From a virus: a stretch of DNA of 64,000 nucleotides. The DNA is taken from IMG/VR virus record IMGVR_UViG_3300037325_000203. The stretch is one strand, 5' to 3'. A program made the translations under genes and the position numbers. The notes under the pieces were generated by a model. That model was not told where the DNA came from, ran no database searches, and saw only the letters and a program-made list of their open reading frames with translations. Below are positions 1-8,353 of the stretch, one piece after another (the stretch's first letter is position 1; the number at the start of each line of letters is the position of its first letter).

Positions 1-270
1 AAGAGAGTCTTCGGTCAGCCCGCCGAGATTATGAACGTAATATCCTTTGCCGAATAGCGATTTAATATAAATTTTGTTATAGAAGAAGGCTGCGATAACA
101 CCCGCGACACCGTGTGTAACGACCGCAGCGATAATAATAGCAACAGCCCAGATCCAGTCTTGCCGAAACAACCCCGGGATTCCACTAAAGAAGAATGTCG
201 TCCAGGAAAATCCAACAGGAGCCTTCTTAACTTCGATGCCGTTAGTCATATAAATTGTCGTGTATGCCAT
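1..270 (-). CDS. Small membrane protein, HrgC/DUF2628-like (runs off window edge)
   Basis: Manual translation from ATG at 270: MAYTTIYMTNGIEVKKAPVGFSWTTFFFSGIPGCFRQDWIWAV...FFYNKIYIK; the KxAPVGFSWTxFFF...RxDW...YNK pattern fits this family. Not in the ORF track. Confidence 0.7.
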   Translation of the reverse strand, partial: MAYTTIYMTNGIEVKKAPVGFSWTTFFFSGIPGLFRQDWIWAVAIIIAAVVTHGVAGVIAAFFYNKIYIKSLFGKGYYVHNLGGLTEDSL

Positions 271-670
271 TTTTAGATACCTTTAATAATGTAAAAAACT
301 AGCAAGGTCAACCACAGTGGGATCGCTTGCTTACTTGCCAGCAGCGAACATGCTGCACCTACTTCAAACCCAATCTTATATAAAATTTTCTTTCTATTCA
401 CGTCATAACACTCGGTACAGTCTCGCCGCCATCAAGGAGTTTTTATAAACCACCGGGTACAAATTTACACAGTCGATAGCGATGGATCCGTGATTTATGT
501 TTATACTTCGAAGCCGTTGCATTAGTAGCTGAGGAGATGATAGATGTTTCATACTAACTTAATGGGACATAATTTAGTTTCATTTAACAAATCTGCCGCA
601 ACAATGACAAGTTTGTGTACTGCACACTAATCACGAAGTGTAACAGCTCGGGTGGCCTATTAAAATAGAC

Positions 671-694
671 AAAAGGCTTGAGATCAAGCCTTTT
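671..694. terminator. Intrinsic (bidirectional) terminator downstream of rpsU
   Basis: AAAAGGCTTGA-GA-TCAAGCCTTTT inverted repeat with A/T tails. Confidence 0.8.
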
Positions 695-725
695 GCATTT
701 AGTTGTTAACAATATGTCAGCGTTA

Positions 726-986
726 TCAGTAATTTTTGTCTTTATGCCACTGTCCGGCACCAATCATTTCCTCGACTGTCCTTTCCCATCGCTTACGTGC
801 CATTTTTATCTTACGCTGCTTTTCCACAGCAGGTTTCTCATAGGACATTCGGTCCTTGACCTCTTTAAGTAGTCCCGAATCTTGCACCTTCTTACTGAAC
901 ATACGCAAGGCTCTGCCCACGTCGTCATATCGAACCTCTACCATTGTACCTTTGATTTTTCTGCCGTCTCTATTTCTATTACTCAT
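726..986 (-). CDS. rpsU: Phage-encoded ribosomal protein bS21
   Basis: [35 protein letters not shown]...KRW matches the S21 signature (ALRxF..K..G..E...YEKP). Confidence 0.88.
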   Translation of the reverse strand: MSNRNRDGRKIKGTMVEVRYDDVGRALRMFSKKVQDSGLLKEVKDRMSYEKPAVEKQRKIKMARKRWERTVEEMIGAGQWHKDKNY

Positions 987-2211
987 TGTTTGCTCGTTTC
1001 TTTACCGTGTGGACATGTTTTATATTACCAGTTTCGTCGACAAAAATCTTGCCAACACCTTCCTTTGCTAACCTGGGCAGAGCAAATTGCGTAGCCTGTA
1101 GGTCTTTTTCCATGATTGATCGCAAACCCCTTGCACCAATCTTTTGTTTGAGGCATTGTGCTGCCACATTCAGTAGGTATTTATCATCGAAGTCCAGTTT
1201 AACTCCCTCATAATCGAACAAAGCCCTGAATTGTTCGATTATACTGTTTTTAGGCTCCTTTAATACCCGGACTAGCAAGTCTGCTGTAAGATCATCGAAC
1301 ACAACTACAATTGGATGTCTGCCTACAAACTCCGGAATAAGACCATATTTAATAAAGTCATTGGGAGTGGCAGTTTTTATAATATCGGATACCACAAGTC
1401 CTGAACTCAGTGATGCACCGAACCCCATACTGGACTTTGATCTACTTTTACGAATGATTTCTTCCATTCCCACGAAAGCGCCACTAGATATAAAAAGAAC
1501 ATTTTTAGTATCAAATTCAACAGATCCATTGTAATCTTCGATTTCAACTACAGTCCCTTCTATAAGCTTTAAGAGCGACTGCTGTACACCTTCGCCCGAA
1601 ACATCACGGGCCGCGCCCGCTGATTCTGTTTTTTTGCTCTTCTTATCTATCTCATCAATGAAGACTATACCTTGCTGTGCCTTTGCTAAGTCACCATCTG
1701 CGTTATCTACCAGTCTTTTCAAAATACCGTTGGCATCATCACCTACATATCCCGCTTCCGTTAGACTTGTCGCATCTACTATTACATAAGGGATATCAAA
1801 TAGTTTTGCAAGTGTCTTTACTGTGTGAGTTTTTCCGGAGCCGCTGCCACCAATCATCAACAGATTGGACTTGTCAATTTCTGTTTTCGATTTATTGTTA
1901 ATTCTTTTATAGTGATTATAGACGGCAACAGATATTGCAATTTTTGCACCATCCTGTCCTATAACATATTCATCCAAGTGAGCTTTAATTTCTTCCGGAA
2001 CTAGGATTTTCTCTTTTTTCTTCTTTACTGCCTTCGGGGGCTCTTCTGTTTGAAGTATGTCATGTGTAACATCTACGCATTCGTTACAGATATAGATAAT
2101 ATGACCATGGAACTCAGGGCCTTCCACTATCTGATCAACCTGATGCCTGTCTTTGCCACAAAACGAACAGTTAATGATTTTTTTAATTCCCTTATCTTCG
2201 TTTTCAATCAT
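979..2211 (-). CDS. clpX: ClpX-like AAA+ unfoldase
   Basis: CSFCGK...ICNEC zinc finger, Walker A GGSGSGKT, pore loop GYVG, Walker [20 protein letters not shown] docking loop, GARGLR. Confidence 0.95.
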   Translation of the reverse strand: MIENEDKGIKKIINCSFCGKDRHQVDQIVEGPEFHGHIIYICNECVDVTHDILQTEEPPKAVKKKKEKILVPEEIKAHLDEYVIGQDGAKIAISVAVYNHYKRINNKSKTEIDKSNLLMIGGSGSGKTHTVKTLAKLFDIPYVIVDATSLTEAGYVGDDANGILKRLVDNADGDLAKAQQGIVFIDEIDKKSKKTESAGAARDVSGEGVQQSLLKLIEGTVVEIEDYNGSVEFDTKNVLFISSGAFVGMEEIIRKSRSKSSMGFGASLSSGLVVSDIIKTATPNDFIKYGLIPEFVGRHPIVVVFDDLTADLLVRVLKEPKNSIIEQFRALFDYEGVKLDFDDKYLLNVAAQCLKQKIGARGLRSIMEKDLQATQFALPRLAKEGVGKIFVDETGNIKHVHTVKKRANNE

Positions 2212-2213
2212 GA

Positions 2214-3488
2214 TTATTGCCTCTTAAACTCGGTTAACCAACCTAGCGCCGTGGGGTATTTATTATTTTTTTGTGGGACGTGCTCATTAATCAGAGTTTG
2301 GACTTCTTTTAGCCTTTCTGGGGAGAAATGGGGCTCTGCGCCCATAAATTCTCTCAGAACTGTAGCGTCATTCATGTATGGAAAGGTAACCTTGGTAGTA
2401 TTACTCGATATTGGATCGGGTGTTTCCAGTATTGATTCGGGTACTTGGTCGCTGATCTTGCCAACCAGATTATCATTTAAGTATGGGAGAGTAACTTCAG
2501 GGGTACTACTTAATGGCAGATCAGGTGCCACTTGTATCGGATCAGGTACCTGGAGATCCGTCGGGATGCCCTCACTAATCTCGCTGATAAAATCACTCCT
2601 ACGCACCCCCACCGGAAGTGTCGAGCCATTCTCCGCTTCTTTATCTTCTTTGCCAGACTCGTAGTTAACGGAGTCATCGGCGGAAGGAACCTCAGAGGAG
2701 TTTGTCGGCGGCCTTGGATGAATATATGCTTTTTCTTTCTCATTTTTTCGCCGAAGTAATGTCTGATTTGCAGCTATCAATAAAAGCACTGCTAGCGGAT
2801 CTAGAGAAGATACAATAATAAGAGTGAATATCATCACGGCTGATTCGATGTTTGTGCGAGTATCTCCTGTATTTCCGTATATAAGCTGAGCAATGTATCT
2901 TAGTGGACCTACATCCAATTCCAGCTTTCTAATTTCAGACCCATATGTAAACTTCTCGTCACTTAATGCGTTGATTCTTTTTTGCGATTCGTACGATGAC
3001 GTTCTGATATCATTTCGTTGCGGGGCTTGGCGATTTCTTATTACCACTGATCTGTCAGCACGGTTACCTCTGATGAGCGAATCTAATGTAGCGTCTAGCT
3101 GTGTAATTATCTTGTCGTTGGCCGCTATTAGTGTCTGTTCCCTCAAAATTTGCTGATCAAGTCTTTCTACTTTAGCAGCATTATCAATTGTGTTCGATCC
3201 CTGCTCCAAATGTAACTTGGATAAGAAACCAAAAACACCGATACTTGTAATCCCCATCAATGCTATCACGAAATAAGTTAATGGAATCTTTAGAAGCCAG
3301 CCAGTGTGCTCCCACTCACGATATAGCCAACTAGCAGTTACTAGTTTTGCGATTTCCGTCGCGACTCCCAGAATAAGGGCAAACACAGGTCCGGCGGCAT
3401 ATATAGTCATAATTCCTATAATAGAAAACCAGCCTGCAACACTAGCCAGTGCTAGGGCGGTAAGTAATGTTAAATAAGGGTAAAACAT
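2214..3488 (-). CDS. Membrane protein with coiled-coil and low-complexity C-terminus
   Basis: Three N-terminal hydrophobic helices, coiled-coil, a further TM ([13 protein letters not shown]), Pro/Ser-rich tail with internal duplication. Confidence 0.7.
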   Translation of the reverse strand: MFYPYLTLLTALALASVAGWFSIIGIMTIYAAGPVFALILGVATEIAKLVTASWLYREWEHTGWLLKIPLTYFVIALMGITSIGVFGFLSKLHLEQGSNTIDNAAKVERLDQQILREQTLIAANDKIITQLDATLDSLIRGNRADRSVVIRNRQAPQRNDIRTSSYESQKRINALSDEKFTYGSEIRKLELDVGPLRYIAQLIYGNTGDTRTNIESAVMIFTLIIVSSLDPLAVLLLIAANQTLLRRKNEKEKAYIHPRPPTNSSEVPSADDSVNYESGKEDKEAENGSTLPVGVRRSDFISEISEGIPTDLQVPDPIQVAPDLPLSSTPEVTLPYLNDNLVGKISDQVPESILETPDPISSNTTKVTFPYMNDATVLREFMGAEPHFSPERLKEVQTLINEHVPQKNNKYPTALGWLTEFKRQ

Positions 3489-3518
3489 TTAATATTTATT
3501 ATAAAATTTCAGAGTATG

Positions 3519-4730
3519 TTAACTTCGATGTACACCTTTGCTTAACGACTGGCAGACATCATTCTCTATTAAGCTTACTAATCTTTTTGCAGTGGCAGGA
3601 CTTATTGTCCACCCTAAGTGACCGTGCCCTGTATGATAGTACACTCTGGTATCATTTTTACTTTGCCTCACAATGGGCATCATGTCAGGTGTCATAGGGC
3701 GCAGACATGCCCATGACGTGTAGTCATTTGTGTTTATGTCGAAATTACTATGTACCCATTTTAACAATGGGTCGATCCTATCGCGACTAATATCGTAATT
3801 TTCACCGGCCAGCTCGGCAGTGCCTGCAACTCTGAAGCGATTGCCTAAGGTACTAGTCACGATCTTAGCCTCGTCATCTAACAGACTTAATTTAGGAATC
3901 TTTACCATGTCTTTGTCGGCTACGTTAATAGTGATGCTGTATCCTTTTACCGGATATACATCGATACTATCGTTAAATATGGTTGCAAATTTCGAACTAC
4001 CGACGCCGTTGCTGGCGACTATGATATCAAACGATTCTAGATGACTTTTGCTGCTAATTTCTGTATTGAATACGAAGTCGACACCATACTTATGTTCTAG
4101 TATGCCTGCCAACTGTGTACAGAATTTGTGTATATCTCCGGTCCAGTCCTGTTCAGTCCAGGCGCCACCCACAATATCTGAGATATCAGCGAGTGCTGCA
4201 TCCATTTCACGAATTTGGTCGGGATCTAGTAAATCCCACTCGCATCCGTTAGCGTGATACATCTCTCTGATAGCAACAGCATTGGCCCAATATGAATTGG
4301 TCTTATAAATATGCAAAATACCGGAAGCGGATTGATCAAACGACAGCCCTTCCTCTAGTATTATCTGCTTATAAAGTTCTCGAGCTTTAATACCAGTTTT
4401 AATGGTTTCTGCTGTGTTCCTATCTGCATAGCCTCGGGCAGTGACCCATAGAAACTTTGCCATCCACTTAATTCTCGCCCACTCGAACCCAGGCCGAATC
4501 AGCAGAGGTGCATCTCTCTTAAACATCCACTTGATGCCTTTGAATACGTTACTCCATGTATTCCACACCTCGCTATTACTGACGCTAACTTGCCCGCCAT
4601 TGGCAAAACTGGTTCGCATTGCAGGGTGCCTTTCAGCATCGTATACTGTTACTTGATAACCTGCCTTTACAAGGTAATATGCTGCACAGATACCTGTGAT
4701 GCCGGCACCCACAACTGCAACTTTTTTCAT
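3519..4730 (-). CDS. dadA: FAD-dependent D-amino acid dehydrogenase-like oxidoreductase
   Basis: GAGITG Rossmann motif, TSFANGGQ, YPVKGYS, RVAGTAE, LRPMTPD, GHGHLGWT; start moved to MKKVAVVG (4730). Confidence 0.88.
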   Translation of the reverse strand: MKKVAVVGAGITGICAAYYLVKAGYQVTVYDAERHPAMRTSFANGGQVSVSNSEVWNTWSNVFKGIKWMFKRDAPLLIRPGFEWARIKWMAKFLWVTARGYADRNTAETIKTGIKARELYKQIILEEGLSFDQSASGILHIYKTNSYWANAVAIREMYHANGCEWDLLDPDQIREMDAALADISDIVGGAWTEQDWTGDIHKFCTQLAGILEHKYGVDFVFNTEISSKSHLESFDIIVASNGVGSSKFATIFNDSIDVYPVKGYSITINVADKDMVKIPKLSLLDDEAKIVTSTLGNRFRVAGTAELAGENYDISRDRIDPLLKWVHSNFDINTNDYTSWACLRPMTPDMMPIVRQSKNDTRVYYHTGHGHLGWTISPATAKRLVSLIENDVCQSLSKGVHRS

Positions 4731-4731
4731 T

Positions 4732-5253
4732 TTAGATATCCGATAGCAAATCTTCATTCCATTCGCGATGACCTTCGCGAAATGCCATGTTGGCCTGTGT
4801 CTCTCTTACCTCTACTCTGTAGCACCAGAGTCTGGCCGCTTCGCCTGGACCCCAGTTATCCGGAATATATGTACTGTTGACATATTTGTATAGCATATCA
4901 GCAAGACCTTCGCAGCCCAGACGCGGCAGGGTCACTATCTTAGCCATTTTCTTTTGTTGTAACAGTTTATAAGTCTCCATTTCTGGATCGTCTTCAGATA
5001 CAATTAAAGTATGATCGAATTGATCTTCTAAAATCTTTTTTAGGTCCTTAAGTCCGCCATAATCGGCAGCCCAATTGCGAACATCAAGATCATTAGTACC
5101 AAAATAGAATTTCATACTAAAGCTGTATCCGTGTATCATGTTGCAATGACTATCGGAGCGCCATTGTCTGTATGCACAAGGGAATGCATCGATATATTCT
5201 TTAGTCGATGTCCATTTATAAGTTATTGCCGGGTACTGTGTCGAAGTTTCCAT
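4732..5253 (-). CDS. queD: 6-carboxy-tetrahydropterin synthase (QueD/PTPS family)
   Basis: CAYRQWRSDSHC..IHGY, FDHT, GCE, VRET motifs; adjacent to folE. Confidence 0.88.
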   Translation of the reverse strand: METSTQYPAITYKWTSTKEYIDAFPCAYRQWRSDSHCNMIHGYSFSMKFYFGTNDLDVRNWAADYGGLKDLKKILEDQFDHTLIVSEDDPEMETYKLLQQKKMAKIVTLPRLGCEGLADMLYKYVNSTYIPDNWGPGEAARLWCYRVEVRETQANMAFREGHREWNEDLLSDI

Positions 5254-5255
5254 GT

Positions 5256-5936
5256 TTAATCCTTACCGATCGACACCAGTCTCATGAACTCTGCTCTGAC
5301 TTGGGCTTCGTTCTTAAAACATCCACCGAGTTTCGAAGTAATGGTACTAGATCCTGTATCTTCTACGCCGCGACTCTTAACACAGGAGTGCTGTGCATGT
5401 ATCACCACTGCAATGTCGTCTGTTTCTAAGATAAATTGAAGTGCATGGTAGATTTGCTCAGTAAGACGCTCTTGAATTTGCGGTCTCTTGGAAAAGTACT
5501 CTACTATACGGTTTATCTTACTAAGCCCCAACACCTTCTGCTTAGGGATATACCCTACTGTTGCAAGACCGTCGATAATAACGAAGTGGTGTTCACAATT
5601 CGACTGAACATTTACTCCGCGCTCTACAACCATTTCGTCGTAATGCATTTTATTATCTACAGTAGTACATTTAGGGAATGCTTCGAAGTCTAATGACCAG
5701 AATATCTCCCCAACGTACATCTTAGCAACACGCCGTGGTGTATCCATTAAACTATCGTCGGACAGATCGAGCCCCAGAGTTTCCATAATGTCACGAAATT
5801 TAGTCTCGATAATTTCTATTTTTTCTACCCTAGATAAGGTATTAGGTTTAACTGGTGTTTCTACGCCGCACGATACCAAATGTTTATGTACTGCCAGGCC
5901 CAGGGCAGGGTCGGTTTTTGTTTTATTGAAGCTCAT
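5256..5936 (-). CDS. folE: GTP cyclohydrolase I
   Basis: TPRRVAKM, SNCEHH, GLSKINR, PQIQERLT, HSCVKSRG. Confidence 0.96.
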   Translation of the reverse strand: MSFNKTKTDPALGLAVHKHLVSCGVETPVKPNTLSRVEKIEIIETKFRDIMETLGLDLSDDSLMDTPRRVAKMYVGEIFWSLDFEAFPKCTTVDNKMHYDEMVVERGVNVQSNCEHHFVIIDGLATVGYIPKQKVLGLSKINRIVEYFSKRPQIQERLTEQIYHALQFILETDDIAVVIHAQHSCVKSRGVEDTGSSTITSKLGGCFKNEAQVRAEFMRLVSIGKD

Positions 5937-5944
5937 TATTCTTA

Positions 5945-6136
5945 TTCCTTGTTATATGTTTAATTAATTCTATAATAAAATTTTGTGCTCCGTATTTTTT
6001 CATGGGCCGGCGCGACGGATACAGAGGGAACTTGGCATCACTTATATGATTTGCCATTCTCTTTTAACTGCGATTTATTGATACCTATATAAATCTTCTG
6101 ATTTATTAGATCGGTGATTTTGTATAATTTATGCAT
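5945..6136 (-). pseudogene. Frameshifted, truncated GIY-YIG homing endonuclease remnant
   Basis: ATG 6136 (GAGGG RBS): MHKLYKITDLINQKIYIGINK...stop at 6038; a shifted frame continues KRMANHISDAKFPLYPSRRPMKKYGAQNFIIELI. Confidence 0.75.
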
Positions 6137-6244
6137 GATAATACCCTCGTAGTACATAGAGTCTTTCGTTTACTCTTAACGCCATTATAGGCGATGACCT
6201 ATAATGGGAATTGTAACCGTTGTGTTACAAAAGTATTTATCTAA

Positions 6245-6577
6245 TCAATCTACATTGTACTTTGATTTTAGGTTCGAAAGATACGTACAATATACCGGTA
6301 CCGGCGGCGACGCAAGCCGGTTGACAGCTCTTATTAGGTCTAAGCAGTCAGCCCTCAGAGACAACATATCCATATTTAATGTCTTGAGCTCCTTCTCGTT
6401 TGCTTTTATCTCTAAAATCATACCAGCAAGTATTCTGGTCTCGGTATTTGTATTTTTTAGTTTTGCAGCAACAAAATCCGCCTTGCACAATTCCTCGATG
6501 TCTTCTGGACTAAGTACCGATAGTAGTTTATCAAGCAATTCAATTTTTTTCAAAGACTCATCATTTAAATATATCAT
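6245..6577 (-). CDS. Hypothetical protein
   Basis: 110-aa ORF with ATGA overlap with thyA stop. Confidence 0.6.
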   Translation of the reverse strand: MIYLNDESLKKIELLDKLLSVLSPEDIEELCKADFVAAKLKNTNTETRILAGMILEIKANEKELKTLNMDMLSLRADCLDLIRAVNRLASPPVPVYCTYLSNLKSKYNVD

Positions 6578-7425
6578 ACTGCCATCCCTGGTTTATTTTT
6601 TACATCAGGATACGGATCGTAGTTTAAAAGCTCGATATCCTCCCACTGTAATGCGAGAATGTCACTTAGTGTATTCAAGTCTTTGTTAATATTCAGTGTT
6701 GGAAGTGATCTGGGTTTTCTTTCAAGGATTTCCCTGACCATGTCCATTTGATTTTGGTAGATGTGTACATCCCACCCAAAGTACACCAACTCGCCTGGTG
6801 CCATCCCTAAATATTTTGCAAAGATGTGGTTGAGTAGTGCATAGCTGGCGATGTTGAAGGGGAGCCCGAAAGGAACATCATTGCTACGCATGACGAAACT
6901 GCTATTAAGTGTCTTATCGATTACTGAATACATGTTGGTTATGTGACATGGAGGCAATGGCGTCTCGGAGAGTTGTTGCGGATTCCATCCAGTTACTATG
7001 TGTCGTCGAGATCCTGGATCATTTTTTAACCCATCGAGCAATAATTTAATCTGGTCAACGCCATTGGAGACTCCGATGTCACCACCAAAATTTCGCCATT
7101 GATGAGAGTACCCGGCGCCTATACTACCCTCGGGCAGATGGGCGAGGCCTCGAGAATCCAGAAACTCTCTGGAAGTATTACCTTTCCAGATGTTAATATT
7201 CTTGTCTTCTAGGAGTTTTGTATTTGTTTCTCCGCGCAAGAAAAACATTGTTTCTTCGAAGGCAATTCGAAGAGGAACTCTGCGTGTTGTTTGTAAAGGG
7301 AAACTGTCTGCCAGGTCCCATCTTAGCATCCTGCCGAACACCGATCGGGAACCAATGCCGGTACGATCGGGTTTATCTATACCATTATCTAGTATATCAC
7401 GAATTAAGTTGTTGTAATTTTCCAT
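6574..7425 (-). CDS. thyA: Thymidylate synthase
   Basis: DRTGIG, SRRHIV, LPPCH catalytic Cys, MRSND, FNIASY, DVHIY. Confidence 0.97.
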   Translation of the reverse strand: MENYNNLIRDILDNGIDKPDRTGIGSRSVFGRMLRWDLADSFPLQTTRRVPLRIAFEETMFFLRGETNTKLLEDKNINIWKGNTSREFLDSRGLAHLPEGSIGAGYSHQWRNFGGDIGVSNGVDQIKLLLDGLKNDPGSRRHIVTGWNPQQLSETPLPPCHITNMYSVIDKTLNSSFVMRSNDVPFGLPFNIASYALLNHIFAKYLGMAPGELVYFGWDVHIYQNQMDMVREILERKPRSLPTLNINKDLNTLSDILALQWEDIELLNYDPYPDVKNKPGMAV

Positions 7426-7450
7426 CTATGTCCTATTCTACTGTTTGCAC

Positions 7451-7479
7451 AGTTTACAGCATAGTTATAAGAAAATCAA
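7451..7479 (-). promoter_or_regulatory. sigma70-like promoter for thyA
   Basis: TTGATT-N17-TAAACT. Confidence 0.55.
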
Positions 7480-7700
7480 TAGCTTTCAGTAAGTCTTCTG
7501 ACAATGTACTCGGCTTCGTCTATGCATTCGATGAAGTCGCGCCAGGTGGGCGCGGCGCCGCCCCAAACTACAAACTTCTTATAATACGGTTTAAACCATA
7601 TTCGGTTATAATCGTAGTCATACACCGGACAGGATGCAAATCTTTTTATGTATACAGTGCGGCTGGGTACGGCGACACCATGCCTCCAGTTACCTTTCAT
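7476..7700 (-). CDS. Hypothetical protein
   Basis: 74-aa ORF starting 1 nt after the hydrolase stop. Confidence 0.45.
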   Translation of the reverse strand: MKGNWRHGVAVPSRTVYIKRFASCPVYDYDYNRIWFKPYYKKFVVWGGAAPTWRDFIECIDEAEYIVRRLTESY

Positions 7701-7701
7701 A

Positions 7702-8217
7702 TTATAGCCTATGGAATTCGTGATTCCCCATCCTCAGTGTAGGCTTCTCACCAGCTGCCCAGTTAGGCTGGGCAAGAGTGGGGTTATGGAAATGTGTGGC
7801 TCCACGGGTGATATCCTTCAAATCTCCATTGATTGCTTGTACTGCAATCTTAGTAGAAGTTTCGAACTGAGCGATAGCTTCATGGTTCTCAGAACCATCT
7901 CTTTTTAGCACAGGCACTATTTTGTTTTTTTCGCACGCCCAGGAAAAGGCACAAACTATTTTCTTTGTATTCCTTAATTTAGCTTTCTGTGTTACTACCT
8001 CACATACTGTATCCGGATATCTTCTGTTGTTTACTCTGTTCATTGTGACTAATGCCACTGCTTTTTGTCCTTGTATACCCTCTCCTCTAGCCTCGAAGTA
8101 GATGTTTTTGGCCATGCAATATACTTCATTAGTATCTATCACTGGATAATTGGTATCTATGCCGATTGCTGTCAGAGTTTGCAAAATATATACAAGAAGA
8201 ATTTGTGTTGTCATCAT
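7702..8217 (-). CDS. Cell wall hydrolase, SleB/Hydrolase_2 family
   Basis: NIYFEARGE, VTMNRV, FSW, GATHFHN, GNHEF; hydrophobic N-terminus; AGGAG RBS. Confidence 0.92.
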   Translation of the reverse strand: MMTTQILLVYILQTLTAIGIDTNYPVIDTNEVYCMAKNIYFEARGEGIQGQKAVALVTMNRVNNRRYPDTVCEVVTQKAKLRNTKKIVCAFSWACEKNKIVPVLKRDGSENHEAIAQFETSTKIAVQAINGDLKDITRGATHFHNPTLAQPNWAAGEKPTLRMGNHEFHRL

Positions 8218-8282
8218 AATGACTTCTCCTTTTAATTAACTAATGTTTTTTAGGTCAGTTATTTAGAACATAAGCTCGATAT

Positions 8283-8311
8283 ATTATATATATCGTAAAG
8301 TGTTTTGTCAA
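8283..8311 (-). promoter_or_regulatory. Consensus sigma70 promoter for the hydrolase operon
   Basis: TTGACA-N17-TATAAT. Confidence 0.8.
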
Positions 8312-8317
8312 TAATTG

Positions 8318-8325
8318 GATAAATA
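8318..8325 (+). promoter_or_regulatory. T4-type late promoter (GATAAATA)
   Basis: Variant of T4 TATAAATA. Also on the coding strand upstream of genes at 6234, 20258, 22048, 28569, 30442, 31117, 31818, 35623, 38091, 41065, 41114 (TATAAATA), 45836, 53712, 58735, 62079. Confidence 0.75.
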
Positions 8326-8353
8326 ATAGAAATCGGAAAAGGATTACCAAAAC

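Noticed and set aside
15-215. 66-aa ORF in the supplied track
   Set aside because: Wrong frame; the frame from ATG 270 gives a recognisable membrane protein
2360-2570. About 34-aa duplication in the membrane protein tail
   Set aside because: Degenerate low-complexity duplication with no functional signal
6140-6241. preQ1 riboswitch or hammerhead ribozyme upstream of folE
   Set aside because: Lacks the preQ1-I stem-loop with A-rich tail and the CUGAUGA core; kept only as an unnamed structured leader
6574-7425. dCMP hydroxymethylase or other base-modifying ThyA homolog
   Set aside because: Has the dUMP-specifying Asn (FNIASY) and canonical ThyA motifs
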